Source: an uncultured archaeon
Lineage (GTDB): Archaea > Asgardarchaeota > Thorarchaeia > Thorarchaeales > Thorarchaeaceae
Length of the DNA stretch: 64,000 nucleotides
Assembly (NCBI GenBank): GCA_964610875.1
Contig: CAZSWP010000007.1
Coordinates: 36,091-100,090 of the forward strand
Reading direction: 5' to 3'
Positions within the stretch are counted from its first letter, which is position 1, and each line of letters opens with the position of its first letter. The notes under the pieces were generated by a model. The model searched no databases. It was not told where the DNA came from and saw only the letters and a list, made by a program, of their open reading frames with translations. Positions 51,109-61,608 of the stretch are shown here, in pieces. The translations under genes and the position numbers were made by a program.

Positions 51109-53688
51109 TTACAATTTTGGGAACCAGAGTTTGAACATCGCCCCAGCTGATGGCTTATTTTCAATTCTATCTTCTACCTGAATGCTTCCACCATATTTCT
51201 CCACAATCTGTTTTGCTTGATGAAGCCCGACACCTCCAAATCTTCTTTCTACATCAAAGAGTGATTTCTTCTTCCTATCTGAGATGCCTGAGCCATTATC
51301 TGCAATTGTTATTGTATATCCGTTATACTCCTCTTTTAATTTAATCCAAATTTTTGGTCTGCTTTTTGAGGCAAACTGCTGAGCATTACGTAACAGATTC
51401 ATTATTGCAGTGACTAGGTATTTGTCTGCGTAGACTCTTGCTTCACTTGTGCTACAGTCTAGTGCTACCTCGATATTCTCGTTAGTTTTTTGGAATTCAT
51501 CAATACACATTGTTATTGATTTACAGAGGTAGAATTCTGACAGCGATGTTGAAAGTAAATCTGCTGTTGTCGAAATAGTTTTTATCAGTCTATCACAACG
51601 ACCGATTGATTCTGTAATCTGTTGAGTGAGATGTTGTGCCTTTTCTGAGTGCACTGTATCATTAAGTAAATCAGAACTTATTTGCATTGCTTGTAGATAA
51701 TTCCTGATATCATGACCCATGATATCCATGTAGAGAGTTGCCATCTTATGAGCGGCTTCCAGCTGTTCTGCTGCTGTTTTCTTTTCGGTAATATCTTCTC
51801 CTGAACTGAGGATTCCGATAATTTCATCATCATCAGAACGTAATACTGTTGTGTGCCAAGAGATTATCCGCTGTTTTCCATCAGATCTTAGTACAGGTCG
51901 CTCCTTGTTTTCTAAATTTGTTATTTCACCGTTCATGAGTCTATCAAAGACCAATTTTACATCATCTCGATGTTGATGTGGAATAAATTCGAACCAGCTC
52001 TCTCCGATGGCGTCTTCAGCTGAAACACCAAGAACATCACAACCTTTTGGGTTAAGCAGTGCAATATTGCCTTCCGTATTTAGAGTCAGAAACACTGTTC
52101 CTGCAAGACTAAGATATTTCTGCAGTTTATCTCTTTCATCTCTTAGTTGAGTTTCAGCTTTAACTTGTTCAGTAATGTCAATAACCGTTCTCTGCATGGC
52201 GGGTTTTCCATCAAAGTCAATAATATCTACAGTACCTTCGACCCATCTAACTTCTCCACTGGGTTGTACTATCCTGAATCTACTTTTCTTAACAAGGTTA
52301 TCAGTTTCCGTATATTTTCGATATCTATCTTTCATAGATTCCCTATCAGCTTCGTGAATTAACTCCCATCTTTGATCTGGAGTGAGAGTGTATATTTTCT
52401 CTCTACTTATACCCATTATCTTTGCAAAAGCAGGATTTGCATATACTATTCGATTACCTTGCATTATTTGGATGCCCTGAAGGGAATTTTCAGTCACTTC
52501 TCGATATCTTCTCTCTGATTTCTTTATTTCTTCTTCAGCTTTCTTTCTCTCAGTAATATCTCTCACTATACTCTGGATATGGATTGGATTTCCGTGCTCA
52601 TCCCTGACTAGTGAGCTGTTTATCTCAACTCTTATTTCCTTGCCATCTTTTCTTCGAAATGTTTTCTCATATAGAGGAAACATGATTTCTTCATTTATTG
52701 TCTTAAGTCGTTCAATTGAATCGTCTTGCTCTATTTCAGTTACAACATCTCTATATGACATACCAATTAGCTCTGGTACTCCATATCCTAACATTTCTGC
52801 CGCACGATAGTTTACATCGAGGTAGTTGCCTTCCAAATCGATGATAAACACTGCATCATTATTCTGTTCGAAAAGTGCTCTATAGCGTTTCTGGGTTTGT
52901 TCGTGTAATAACTCCTTCCTACGCTTCTCTGTTATGTCATGGATAAATGAACAGAGAAGGTAACCCTTTGATGTAATGATTGGAGCTGAATATTGTTGTA
53001 TTATGCCCTTAATACCATCTTTACTGATGAATTTTGATTCCAATACTCTCCTTAGCCAAGATGCTTCTCCAATTTCAAAATATCTCTTCATAGTGTCCTT
53101 CAGTTTTGCATACTGTTCCGGTGTCTGTTTATCTGGCGGAGTTAGAGAATATTGAATATCCCATGCTTTCTGTCCAATTGCGTCTTCTCTCGAAATACCA
53201 AATATATCGCTCTGTGATTGATTCCATTCGATTATCGTGCCATGTTCATCAACAAGCATTATTCCCTCTGGAGATTCATTCAATAGTGCTCTCAGTTTAG
53301 CTTCATTTTCACTCAATCTTTTTTCAGCAATATATTGTTCAGTGATATTCTTTGATGTAAAAATCAATGCAACAACTCTATCATCGGAAACAACCGGACC
53401 AATCCTCAATCGAATCCATTCTTTGCCATGTTTAGGTGATTCCTCTGAAAAAATGAATTGCCCTACACTGTGATTCTTAATCACAGAAGAAATGTTTTCC
53501 ATGAAATCTTCAGTAAACTCATCAGGCATGAAATCGTATATACTCTTACCAACTAGTTCCTCTCTATCATGACCAAATGCTTGCCTGTTAGTAAATTGAA
53601 TAATTCCATCAATATCTGATGCAATAACAAGAGTTGGAATATTATCTAATACAGTTCGATGAAATTTAGATTCTGTATCATTGGTCAC
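51109..53688 (-). CDS. PAS-domain histidine kinase (about 5 PAS)
   Basis: MGHDIRN, NLLRNA, DNGSGI, RRFGGVGLHQ. Confidence 0.92.
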   Translation of the reverse strand: MTNDTESKFHRTVLDNIPTLVIASDIDGIIQFTNRQAFGHDREELVGKSIYDFMPDEFTEDFMENISSVIKNHSVGQFIFSEESPKHGKEWIRLRIGPVVSDDRVVALIFTSKNITEQYIAEKRLSENEAKLRALLNESPEGIMLVDEHGTIIEWNQSQSDIFGISREDAIGQKAWDIQYSLTPPDKQTPEQYAKLKDTMKRYFEIGEASWLRRVLESKFISKDGIKGIIQQYSAPIITSKGYLLCSFIHDITEKRRKELLHEQTQKRYRALFEQNNDAVFIIDLEGNYLDVNYRAAEMLGYGVPELIGMSYRDVVTEIEQDDSIERLKTINEEIMFPLYEKTFRRKDGKEIRVEINSSLVRDEHGNPIHIQSIVRDITERKKAEEEIKKSERRYREVTENSLQGIQIMQGNRIVYANPAFAKIMGISREKIYTLTPDQRWELIHEADRESMKDRYRKYTETDNLVKKSRFRIVQPSGEVRWVEGTVDIIDFDGKPAMQRTVIDITEQVKAETQLRDERDKLQKYLSLAGTVFLTLNTEGNIALLNPKGCDVLGVSAEDAIGESWFEFIPHQHRDDVKLVFDRLMNGEITNLENKERPVLRSDGKQRIISWHTTVLRSDDDEIIGILSSGEDITEKKTAAEQLEAAHKMATLYMDIMGHDIRNYLQAMQISSDLLNDTVHSEKAQHLTQQITESIGRCDRLIKTISTTADLLSTSLSEFYLCKSITMCIDEFQKTNENIEVALDCSTSEARVYADKYLVTAIMNLLRNAQQFASKSRPKIWIKLKEEYNGYTITIADNGSGISDRKKKSLFDVERRFGGVGLHQAKQIVEKYGGSIQVEDRIENKPSAGAMFKLWFPKL

Positions 53689-53838
53689 TCATTGTTCACT
53701 TCCAGCTATTTCATGTGAAGGATATAATGGCTCTCAACCAATTTTGAGTTTCATAGATTATTGAGAATCATATTATCTATAGATTAGGATAATCGAGAGT
53801 ACTTGATATTTGAAATGATATTGTATATTTGAATCAAA

Positions 53839-54576
53839 TTAGGTGGTATATCGTAGAAAATTCTCCAATATTGTCCAATTATTTGAGAGTTCTGGCAATG
53901 ATTCAATTACAGGTTGTATATTAAATCCCAGTTCCGCAATCAGTTTCTTGTAGAATCGGAAAAGCATAATGATTTCTTCATACTTGAATTCGGGATGAAA
54001 TTGTACACCATAAGTCATAGCATCTGGAATTTCAAAAGATTGTAGAAAACGGTGTCCCTTATGATATGAAATGGAGATAGGGTGGAGGTCTTCTGACCAG
54101 ATTTGATTATAGTGGAAAGAATATGCATCAAACGAATTCTTGAATCCTTTGAATAGTTCATGTTGATGAGAAAGCTCAATTCTACTTACTCCAATTTCTG
54201 GGTCCTCTAAAAAAGATACACTTCCAGGAGAATATGCCTCAGCTATCAATTGAGCACCAAAACATATACCAAACATTGGATACTTTGGACCATCTCCCCT
54301 CTGATTTTGTTTTATGATATCCTGAATAATTTCCTTTGCCTGAATAATCCAGTCCACATCAGCAGTTACTTCGGTCATTCCCCCTGAGAAAATTAATGGT
54401 CTTGGTGGTAGTTGTTTTAGTATGTCTGCATTATTCTCTAATGGGATTATTTTCGCACCTATTCCCATCTCCCTTAGCCTTCGAAATATTGGTGTCCCAT
54501 ATCCGTTCAAGTCATCTATCTTGCCATCTGCTTCAATAATGACTACGCCTTGATTCAGGTTCAATCGAATAATCAC
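53839..54576 (-). CDS. class I glutamine amidotransferase-like protein
   Basis: FSGG, GICFGAQ nucleophile, QFHPE. Confidence 0.9.
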   Translation of the reverse strand: MIIRLNLNQGVVIIEADGKIDDLNGYGTPIFRRLREMGIGAKIIPLENNADILKQLPPRPLIFSGGMTEVTADVDWIIQAKEIIQDIIKQNQRGDGPKYPMFGICFGAQLIAEAYSPGSVSFLEDPEIGVSRIELSHQHELFKGFKNSFDAYSFHYNQIWSEDLHPISISYHKGHRFLQSFEIPDAMTYGVQFHPEFKYEEIIMLFRFYKKLIAELGFNIQPVIESLPELSNNWTILENFLRYTT

Positions 54577-55952
54577 CCTCTTCCAGCTAATCGAAGATAC
54601 AACATGATCAATAGACTCACTGCAACAGTTCCTATTCCTACTAAGGTAATTTGTGCAAAAGGCGTCAATGTAATGATAGGTTGTGTTAAATCAATTATCA
54701 ATGCAATGACTTCAATTATGCCAACAATCGTAAAGAGAAGTGCAATTGTATTGAGAGCTTCCTCTCTTTGTTCCTTCTGACGTTGGTATAATTGATCCAT
54801 GAGGTCTGTGACTCTCTCAATATGACCTCTCAGATTATCCAAGAGATTGTTGGTTAACCATCGCTCATGTAATTCATTTAATAAAATCCGTTTTTCTGTA
54901 TCAAAAGTTATCTTGACACCTCGATAGTCTGAGAGTATTCTGTTTATTCCGTTCTCAAAAATACGGATTTCTTCAATTGCTTCTTGGAGTTCTGACATGC
55001 CCATTCGTTTGTAATGTCGTTCAAAGGAACTGATGGAATAAGTGACAATATCTGCTAAGACATCTAGGAATTGCCATTGTGATTGTGCTATCTCTACGAG
55101 ACGCACATAATCATAGACTGGGCGCGCTGTCTGAGAATATCCATCCTCATGCCCTGATGTGAAAATGACTGAATGGCCCCACCCAAAATAGACATAGCGA
55201 TTATCATAGATTGAGAGGTCTTCTACATCCATTTTTCTTGATGGAGTTAATAGGAATTGGAATGGTTCACCTGGGTTGGGTAGATTGAATAGCGAACTAT
55301 CTTCTACGTGGTAGATTCTGTGAGTATATGGAATCATATGGGTAGATCTATCTATTTCTTCAATATCAGGAAGGAATGCGAATCCGTGGTGTGGAATATT
55401 TAATTTTTCTACAGCTTTCACATAGGCTTTTGTGATTTCGAATCCGATCTCTTCAAAGCATTCTTTGAATGAGGTGTTGACTTGTTCAGAAAGGTTCTCC
55501 AAATCCAGAATTGTAAGACCATCATTTTTCTTAAACGTAATATGCACACTACATGTCCCAACACCACTTCCATAGAAATAGAAACGAACACTCTCGAATC
55601 TTAGGGGTCCGTCTATTGGGCATGATGGCAAAAACCCTTCAATTGGTATTGCTGTTTCTGTAGAGTCAACTCCTACTATTGAAGCAACAATGAAAGACGT
55701 TTCTTTTCCTGGTGGAGAAAATACCCCTTTTGACCCCTTGAATTCTTGTGAATCCTCTAGACTCCATTCGACTCGGAATCTATCGTTGTAATCAATTGGT
55801 TTCTTTTCTAGATAATCCAACAATTTTTTTTGTACTTGGTTTCTTCCTGTGAACATCAACTCATCTTCATCCAAATATACGAATGTGTTCATTGGACCAA
55901 AGATGTATTCGTCTACTTGTTGGAATTTCATATCTGCCAGGAGAAACACCAT
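54573..55952 (-). CDS. CorA-like architecture membrane protein lacking the GMN motif
   Basis: Large soluble domain, long stalk helix (QRQKEQREEALN), two C-terminal TM helices. Confidence 0.55.
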   Translation of the reverse strand: MVFLLADMKFQQVDEYIFGPMNTFVYLDEDELMFTGRNQVQKKLLDYLEKKPIDYNDRFRVEWSLEDSQEFKGSKGVFSPPGKETSFIVASIVGVDSTETAIPIEGFLPSCPIDGPLRFESVRFYFYGSGVGTCSVHITFKKNDGLTILDLENLSEQVNTSFKECFEEIGFEITKAYVKAVEKLNIPHHGFAFLPDIEEIDRSTHMIPYTHRIYHVEDSSLFNLPNPGEPFQFLLTPSRKMDVEDLSIYDNRYVYFGWGHSVIFTSGHEDGYSQTARPVYDYVRLVEIAQSQWQFLDVLADIVTYSISSFERHYKRMGMSELQEAIEEIRIFENGINRILSDYRGVKITFDTEKRILLNELHERWLTNNLLDNLRGHIERVTDLMDQLYQRQKEQREEALNTIALLFTIVGIIEVIALIIDLTQPIITLTPFAQITLVGIGTVAVSLLIMLYLRLAGRG

Positions 55953-56030
55953 CCTTTGATAATGGACAATATGATTCTGATTCTTTATTGATAGCTATGC
56001 TATTACTGTTACTCCTATCTATAGCTGTCA

Positions 56031-57278
56031 CTAATGCCCCTTTGGAATGTCTTCCATTTCATATAAAGGCAAGTGGATTCGAAATGCGGCTCCCTTATCA
56101 TATTTCTCTCTTTCAAGAAGATCGATGTTGCCACCATATACCTCAAGAATTTTCTTGCAGAGATAGAGGCCAAGTCCACCTTCTCCTTTGGTTGTCGAAC
56201 CGCGTTGGAAGAGTACTTCTTTGACTCTTGGTTTCAAGCCAGGGCCATCATCGACAAAATCGACTTCTATGTTATCTCCAACAATTCTGACGAAAATTTC
56301 GATCCTTGAACTCTCTCCAGCATGTTGGACTGTATTTCTCACGAGGTTGCTAAAAACAAATGGGATTAATGAACGTCCGTGCGTTTTTGTAGTAGTGCCA
56401 TTGGTTTCATCATGAATTTTAATTGCGATATGTGGATGGATTTTTGTTACCTCATCTGAAATGAGTTTTAGAGTATGCATCAATTCATCGCGGTGTTGGA
56501 TCTTTGATATTTGGAATAGGGTAAGTAGTCTTTTGATTCTATCAGATGCACTGAGGATTGATAATGCTGATTCTTCAATCGCTTTATTTTCTAAAGATAC
56601 GGACTTGATTATATCTACTTCTCCAAAAATTATCTGAAGGTCATTCAATATGTCATGTCGCAGGAGTGAGGTGTATATGTCAAGCTCTGTTGTTTTTTCC
56701 AACAAATCTCTTTGAATCTCTCTTAGTTGTCCTTCAACATTGTTCCTTCGTAGTCCTATTGCCACTAGATTGGCTAGAGCCATCATAATTTTTGAATCTT
56801 CATCAGTAAAGTCATCGGGCTTGTTCGCAAGCCCTATCAAACCTTCAGCCTTACCAGCAATAACTAAAGGTCCAAACAAAACATTGGTCATCTCTACATG
56901 CCCTTTTGGCATGAAATTAACCCATTCTGATTTCATGAAGTCATTATCATATACAACCCGATTCTCTCTATAGGCTACCTCTCTCAAACCCCTTATTGGC
57001 ATAGGCAAATTCTCATCCACGTTACAAGGTAGACCTCCTGCATCTAAGAATAAGACTTCATTTTCACTTCCGTCCTCTGAAAGAAGTGCCACATATCCTG
57101 ATGAAGCTCCAGTAAGTTCCTTTGCTATATCAAAGACAGCTCTGGCTGAATCATGAAAATTGTGGATAGTAAGTACAGCACTAGCTGCTTCCAATAGTTT
57201 TGCAGTTTCGTAACGAGTCTTTTTGAGATGTTTCTCCAATTTCTCTATCGTATCTTCAACAGAGCTTTTTTCAACCAT
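56031..57278 (-). CDS. GAF-domain histidine kinase
   Basis: GAF (GYVALL..PMPIRGLR..ANKPDDF), LRHDILN, DDGPGL, GLGL. Confidence 0.9.
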   Translation of the reverse strand: MVEKSSVEDTIEKLEKHLKKTRYETAKLLEAASAVLTIHNFHDSARAVFDIAKELTGASSGYVALLSEDGSENEVLFLDAGGLPCNVDENLPMPIRGLREVAYRENRVVYDNDFMKSEWVNFMPKGHVEMTNVLFGPLVIAGKAEGLIGLANKPDDFTDEDSKIMMALANLVAIGLRRNNVEGQLREIQRDLLEKTTELDIYTSLLRHDILNDLQIIFGEVDIIKSVSLENKAIEESALSILSASDRIKRLLTLFQISKIQHRDELMHTLKLISDEVTKIHPHIAIKIHDETNGTTTKTHGRSLIPFVFSNLVRNTVQHAGESSRIEIFVRIVGDNIEVDFVDDGPGLKPRVKEVLFQRGSTTKGEGGLGLYLCKKILEVYGGNIDLLEREKYDKGAAFRIHLPLYEMEDIPKGH

Positions 57279-57400
57279 ACGAATAACAGTCCTCAGCTGG
57301 TTCCAGTAGCAAAATGTCTACAATTATCTTTCATATAATGCTGTATTATATCTTATCAAATCACATCAAAGTTCTCAGCACATATGGACTTGTTGCCAAA

Positions 57401-57423
57401 TATCAGAACTCCTATCAGAACTC
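57401..57423. repeat. 11-bp direct repeat in a divergent promoter region
   Basis: TATCAGAACTC at 57401 and 57413. Confidence 0.6.
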
Positions 57424-57465
57424 TCACAATTGCTGAGATAATTTACTATATATTGGATTGATAGT

Positions 57466-58698
57466 ATGTGTTTTATGATTGAGGCTTCAAAGGAACAAGC
57501 TCAGAAGTTAGTCTTAGATGTTCAGGGACTAAGAACAGATCATTCACCGAAGGACATTGTTTCAGTTGCTAAGCGTATTCACAATATTCAGATTGACACG
57601 ATATCGGTAGTGTCGCGAAGTCACAATCTGATAGTTTTCAATCGCTTTCCGAATTATAGCGAGGGTCAAGTCTGGGAATTGGAAAAAGATGGTAAGTTTT
57701 TCGAATACTGGTCACATGCAATGTGTCTGATGCCAATGGAGAGCTTCCAGTTTTATGCTTGGATAATGACACAGATGAGTGTGCGCAGAACTGGATGGTA
57801 TGTGAAATGGGGCCTGGAGAATAAGGATATTGTGGAACAAGTATATGGTCATGTAAAAAAGAATGGGGCAACTGCAAGCGCACAGTTGGGAGAGAAACAG
57901 AACAATCGTGAAGGATGGTGGGATTGGAAGAGTGAGAAGCGTGCATTAGAATATCTCATGACGATTGGACGACTGATGGTTTCGTATCGTAAGGGGTTCC
58001 AGAAGTATTATGACCTCACAGAAAGAGTCCTTCCTGCAAGCGTCAATAGCGAACCACTCTCTACTGATGAGATTTCAGAATATGTCATTGATACTACTCT
58101 TAGGTCTCTTGGAATAGCTGATTACCGTGATTTCAAAACATACCTGGGTCGTATGCCCTATAGAAATATCTGGAAGAGTAAAAAGTCACGAATAATTGAT
58201 GATCTAGAAGAACTCCAAGATAGAATATGTGTTCCTATTTCAATTGAAGGAGTTAAGGGTGATTTCTATATTCATAAAGAGCATGCAGACCTGATAATGA
58301 GTGACTTCGCAGACATTGAATCTGAACCAGTGAAGCTTCTTACACCCTTTGATAATGTTCTTAGAGAACGCCACTATCCAAAATGGCTTTGGGATTTTGA
58401 TTATTCTATTGAATGCTACACTCCAAAGAAAAATCGCAAATTTGGATACTTCATACTCCCAATTCTAGATGGAATCAAGTTTGCTGGAAGGTTGGATGCG
58501 AAAGTTCATAGAGATAAGAAATTGTTAGAAATAAAAGCGCTGTACTTGGAATCTGAGTCATTGAAAACCGGTGAGGGTAAAATCAGATTCAAACGAGGTG
58601 TAGATGATTTCGCTGCTTTTCATGAGTGTGATAGCATTGAGATTGGAAAAGTTGTACCCAAAAAATCCCAGAAATCATACAAGGAATTGTTCCAATGA
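57466..58698 (+). CDS. YcaQ/AlkZ family crosslink-repair DNA glycosylase
   Basis: IQIDTI QxD motif, EYWSH, YDLTERVLP, LTPFDN, FGYFILPIL. Confidence 0.9.
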   Translation: MCFMIEASKEQAQKLVLDVQGLRTDHSPKDIVSVAKRIHNIQIDTISVVSRSHNLIVFNRFPNYSEGQVWELEKDGKFFEYWSHAMCLMPMESFQFYAWIMTQMSVRRTGWYVKWGLENKDIVEQVYGHVKKNGATASAQLGEKQNNREGWWDWKSEKRALEYLMTIGRLMVSYRKGFQKYYDLTERVLPASVNSEPLSTDEISEYVIDTTLRSLGIADYRDFKTYLGRMPYRNIWKSKKSRIIDDLEELQDRICVPISIEGVKGDFYIHKEHADLIMSDFADIESEPVKLLTPFDNVLRERHYPKWLWDFDYSIECYTPKKNRKFGYFILPILDGIKFAGRLDAKVHRDKKLLEIKALYLESESLKTGEGKIRFKRGVDDFAAFHECDSIEIGKVVPKKSQKSYKELFQ

Positions 58699-58718
58699 TT
58701 CAGTGACGGAGAATAGAC

Positions 58719-59182
58719 CTATTTTAGTTTAAGTTTCCATAAACGAATGCTTTCCCATATCCCAAATAATGCACCTACAATTCCTACAACTAAAGCAATG
58801 TATCTGTCGAAAAGATTTGGAGGAAATAGTACACATATATGAAATATGCAATTATGTAAGATGTAAAAAACATTGCAACGAAAGTATATCGAGGAAGAAA
58901 CATCCCACGGAATTCTATGAAGTTTCTAAGAATTCCAACCTTCACAACTTGTTTTACATTGTAAGTGTTGTCAGAAAGTTGTTCAACTAAATCCATGTTG
59001 ATTAATTTAGACAGATGATGACTTGCCACAGATGGGCTTGACATGTCAAGTGCACGTTGGACTTCACGTACGCCAACCGATTCTCCCTGTGTCAGCATAT
59101 ACCAATATACACGAAGAGTATTTCCTCTTAACTCTGACTCGATTGAAATTTCCACTAAACCTCCCTTAGATGGCGCTTTCAC
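58719..59182 (-). pseudogene. winged-helix regulator with two C-terminal TM helices, frameshifted
   Basis: HTH GVREVQRALDMSSPSVASHHLSKL; second TM (DRYIALVVGIVGALFGIWESIRLWKLKLK*) lies in another frame past an ATATAT run near 58835. Confidence 0.72.
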
Positions 59183-59326
59183 TTCATCTAACTATAATTT
59201 GAGTTTAATACTTTGTCACTAGAGTATTTCATCTGTTTCAAGCATAACTATTTTTCTACTGTTCTATTTTCCGTACACGCTGTTCTATTCCATGGTACTA
59301 AGTAGGATATTCTCATACATATATTC

Positions 59327-61597
59327 ATGATTTTAGTAATTGTTAGGGCTATTGATACCACGACTAAACGGAAAATGATGGCGGGAGGTATCATCTCCGC
59401 AATTATGGCTGTTAGTCTAGTTGCGACAATCGGTTTTTTTGGAGGAGCTTTCATTCCACCCGTTGTTCCTGCTGGTGGTGCTAATCTTCCAATATTCACT
59501 ATCAATCACACAGTGTCCGGAGATTTTGCAGATTTTGTTCCATACGAGGAACCATATTCTTTGAATGCACCGGAATATTCGGTATATTCTGGATTATCCA
59601 ATATTGCCAACATTGCTCAGTTTCCTTCGTTACCTGCTGGTGTAAAGGAATCTATCTATCAGAATGGATTTGTAGTTATTCCACAAAAGGACTATGAACA
59701 GATTCATGAAATTCTCGAGTATAATGAAGACAACGATATTCCCAGTTTTGTATCTTCAGATGCAGTGCTTCATGCGTATCACGTTCTATATGATCTTGCA
59801 TTGCGGGAAGTAGAAGTCTATTCGTTTTGGGATCTTCTTGGCAATCTAACGGAATCTTTACAGGATTATTCATTTATTCAATATCAAAATGCACTTGATG
59901 GAAGATGGAAGGATGCTGCACTGAGAAATCTCATCTTTTTCAGTGTTGCAGTATCTCTGATTGACAATGAAACAACTATTCCTTCTGAATACCCAGCTGA
60001 GGTTGCAGTAGAGGTTGATAATGTTCTTCAACTAATTGAAGCACATGATGTGATAACTGATGAATGGTTTATGAACTACAGAGAAGACTTCACTCAATTT
60101 GTTCCCCGTGGGCATTATACAAGAAGTGAACGCCTCAGTAGTTTCTTCATGGCTATAATGTGGTACGGGAGAGTTTCATTTAGGTTACAACCAATACCTC
60201 CTCCACAATCCAATGAGTTAGGAATGAACAATACTGCTCAAGCAATTCTAATTTCACTGGCCCTAAAGGAACCAGTTTCAGGCATATCTAGTTCCCCTTC
60301 CGGATTAGTTGTCTGGGATGCTATCTACGAACCAACAGTATTCTTCGTAGGTGCTGCAGATGATTTGACGCCAGAGGAGTACCTTGAATTAATCGATGAA
60401 ATTTATGGGCCTGATGTAGATCTCGAATATCTCAACAATGATTATTTACTTGAGCAATTCATTGATTCAGCACTCACATTACGTGAACCAATGATTCTTG
60501 GACATCCCCTCTTAGATGAATACAATCTCACTGAAACTATGGGATTACGTTTCATGGGTCAGAGATTCATACCAGACAGCTATATTCTTGGACAACTCGT
60601 TTACAAGAATGTTGGAACTATGGATAATCCTCGAATAATGCCATTTGGATTAGATGTGATGTCTGCTTTTGGTTCAGAACGTGCGTGGGAACTACTTGAT
60701 GAGGAGAAACAATACCTGAATTATGTTTCTCAAATGAAAGTGCTTCAGAACGAAATAGGGAATATGACAGAAAGTGAATGGACACGCAATCTCTATTTTC
60801 TATGGTTATACTCTCTCCTCCCACTTCTATTCGATCCGGGTGATAACTATCCCTTCTTCATGCAGAGTGAAGCATGGGTTGACAAACAGCTATCGACAGC
60901 TTTAGCATCTTGGACTGAATTACGTCACGATACAATTCTTTATGCGAAACAATCCTACACTGTTGATTATGCTGCTGCAGAACCTGAAATACTTCCAAAA
61001 GGTTATGTCGAACCAGTTCCTGAGCTCTATGCCCGACTTGCATCACTGTGTCAAATGATGCTTTCAGGATTGGATTCGAGAAACATTCTTTCATCTATGA
61101 TTAATGAAAAACTCTCTCGGCTAAAATCCCTCCTTGTCAATCTTCAAACAATATCGATCAAGGAGCTGGAAGGTTTTGCATTGAATACGACAGATTTTGA
61201 ACTCATCGAAGATACCGGGGCGATATTGGATGGAATAGTCAAAATGCCCACGGATGACTTTCTAACTTCTGACGCAGATGATGATATGGCTGTCATTGCT
61301 GATGTACATACGGATACTAACACAGGACAAATCCTTGAGGAAGCAGTTGGCAGACCATCTGTGATTCTGGTTGCAGTCTATGTGAATGGTCAAGTAGTTC
61401 TGACACAGGGTGGAGTGATGTCATATTATGAATTCACTTGGCCTATGAATGACCGATTGACGGACGAAGCATGGCAAGAAATGCTTGACAACGGTGAACA
61501 ACCATCTCTTCCTAGCTGGACAGAGAGTTTCGTAGTTGAGTGGGAAGATATCTTGAGCACACAAAGTATTTTGTACACAAAAGACCAAGATATCTGA
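59327..61597 (+). CDS. DUF3160 family protein with N-terminal membrane anchor
   Basis: NGFVV, SDAVLH, PRGHYT, RFMGQRF, SWTELRHDTILYAKQ, YVEP, RLTDEAW. Confidence 0.9.
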   Translation: MILVIVRAIDTTTKRKMMAGGIISAIMAVSLVATIGFFGGAFIPPVVPAGGANLPIFTINHTVSGDFADFVPYEEPYSLNAPEYSVYSGLSNIANIAQFPSLPAGVKESIYQNGFVVIPQKDYEQIHEILEYNEDNDIPSFVSSDAVLHAYHVLYDLALREVEVYSFWDLLGNLTESLQDYSFIQYQNALDGRWKDAALRNLIFFSVAVSLIDNETTIPSEYPAEVAVEVDNVLQLIEAHDVITDEWFMNYREDFTQFVPRGHYTRSERLSSFFMAIMWYGRVSFRLQPIPPPQSNELGMNNTAQAILISLALKEPVSGISSSPSGLVVWDAIYEPTVFFVGAADDLTPEEYLELIDEIYGPDVDLEYLNNDYLLEQFIDSALTLREPMILGHPLLDEYNLTETMGLRFMGQRFIPDSYILGQLVYKNVGTMDNPRIMPFGLDVMSAFGSERAWELLDEEKQYLNYVSQMKVLQNEIGNMTESEWTRNLYFLWLYSLLPLLFDPGDNYPFFMQSEAWVDKQLSTALASWTELRHDTILYAKQSYTVDYAAAEPEILPKGYVEPVPELYARLASLCQMMLSGLDSRNILSSMINEKLSRLKSLLVNLQTISIKELEGFALNTTDFELIEDTGAILDGIVKMPTDDFLTSDADDDMAVIADVHTDTNTGQILEEAVGRPSVILVAVYVNGQVVLTQGGVMSYYEFTWPMNDRLTDEAWQEMLDNGEQPSLPSWTESFVVEWEDILSTQSILYTKDQDI

Positions 61598-61608
61598 TAT
61601 CATAAAAC

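Noticed and set aside
54573-55952. Calling this gene corA or a CRISPR effector
   Set aside because: It lacks the GMN motif and there are no cas genes or array in the window; only the architecture is supported
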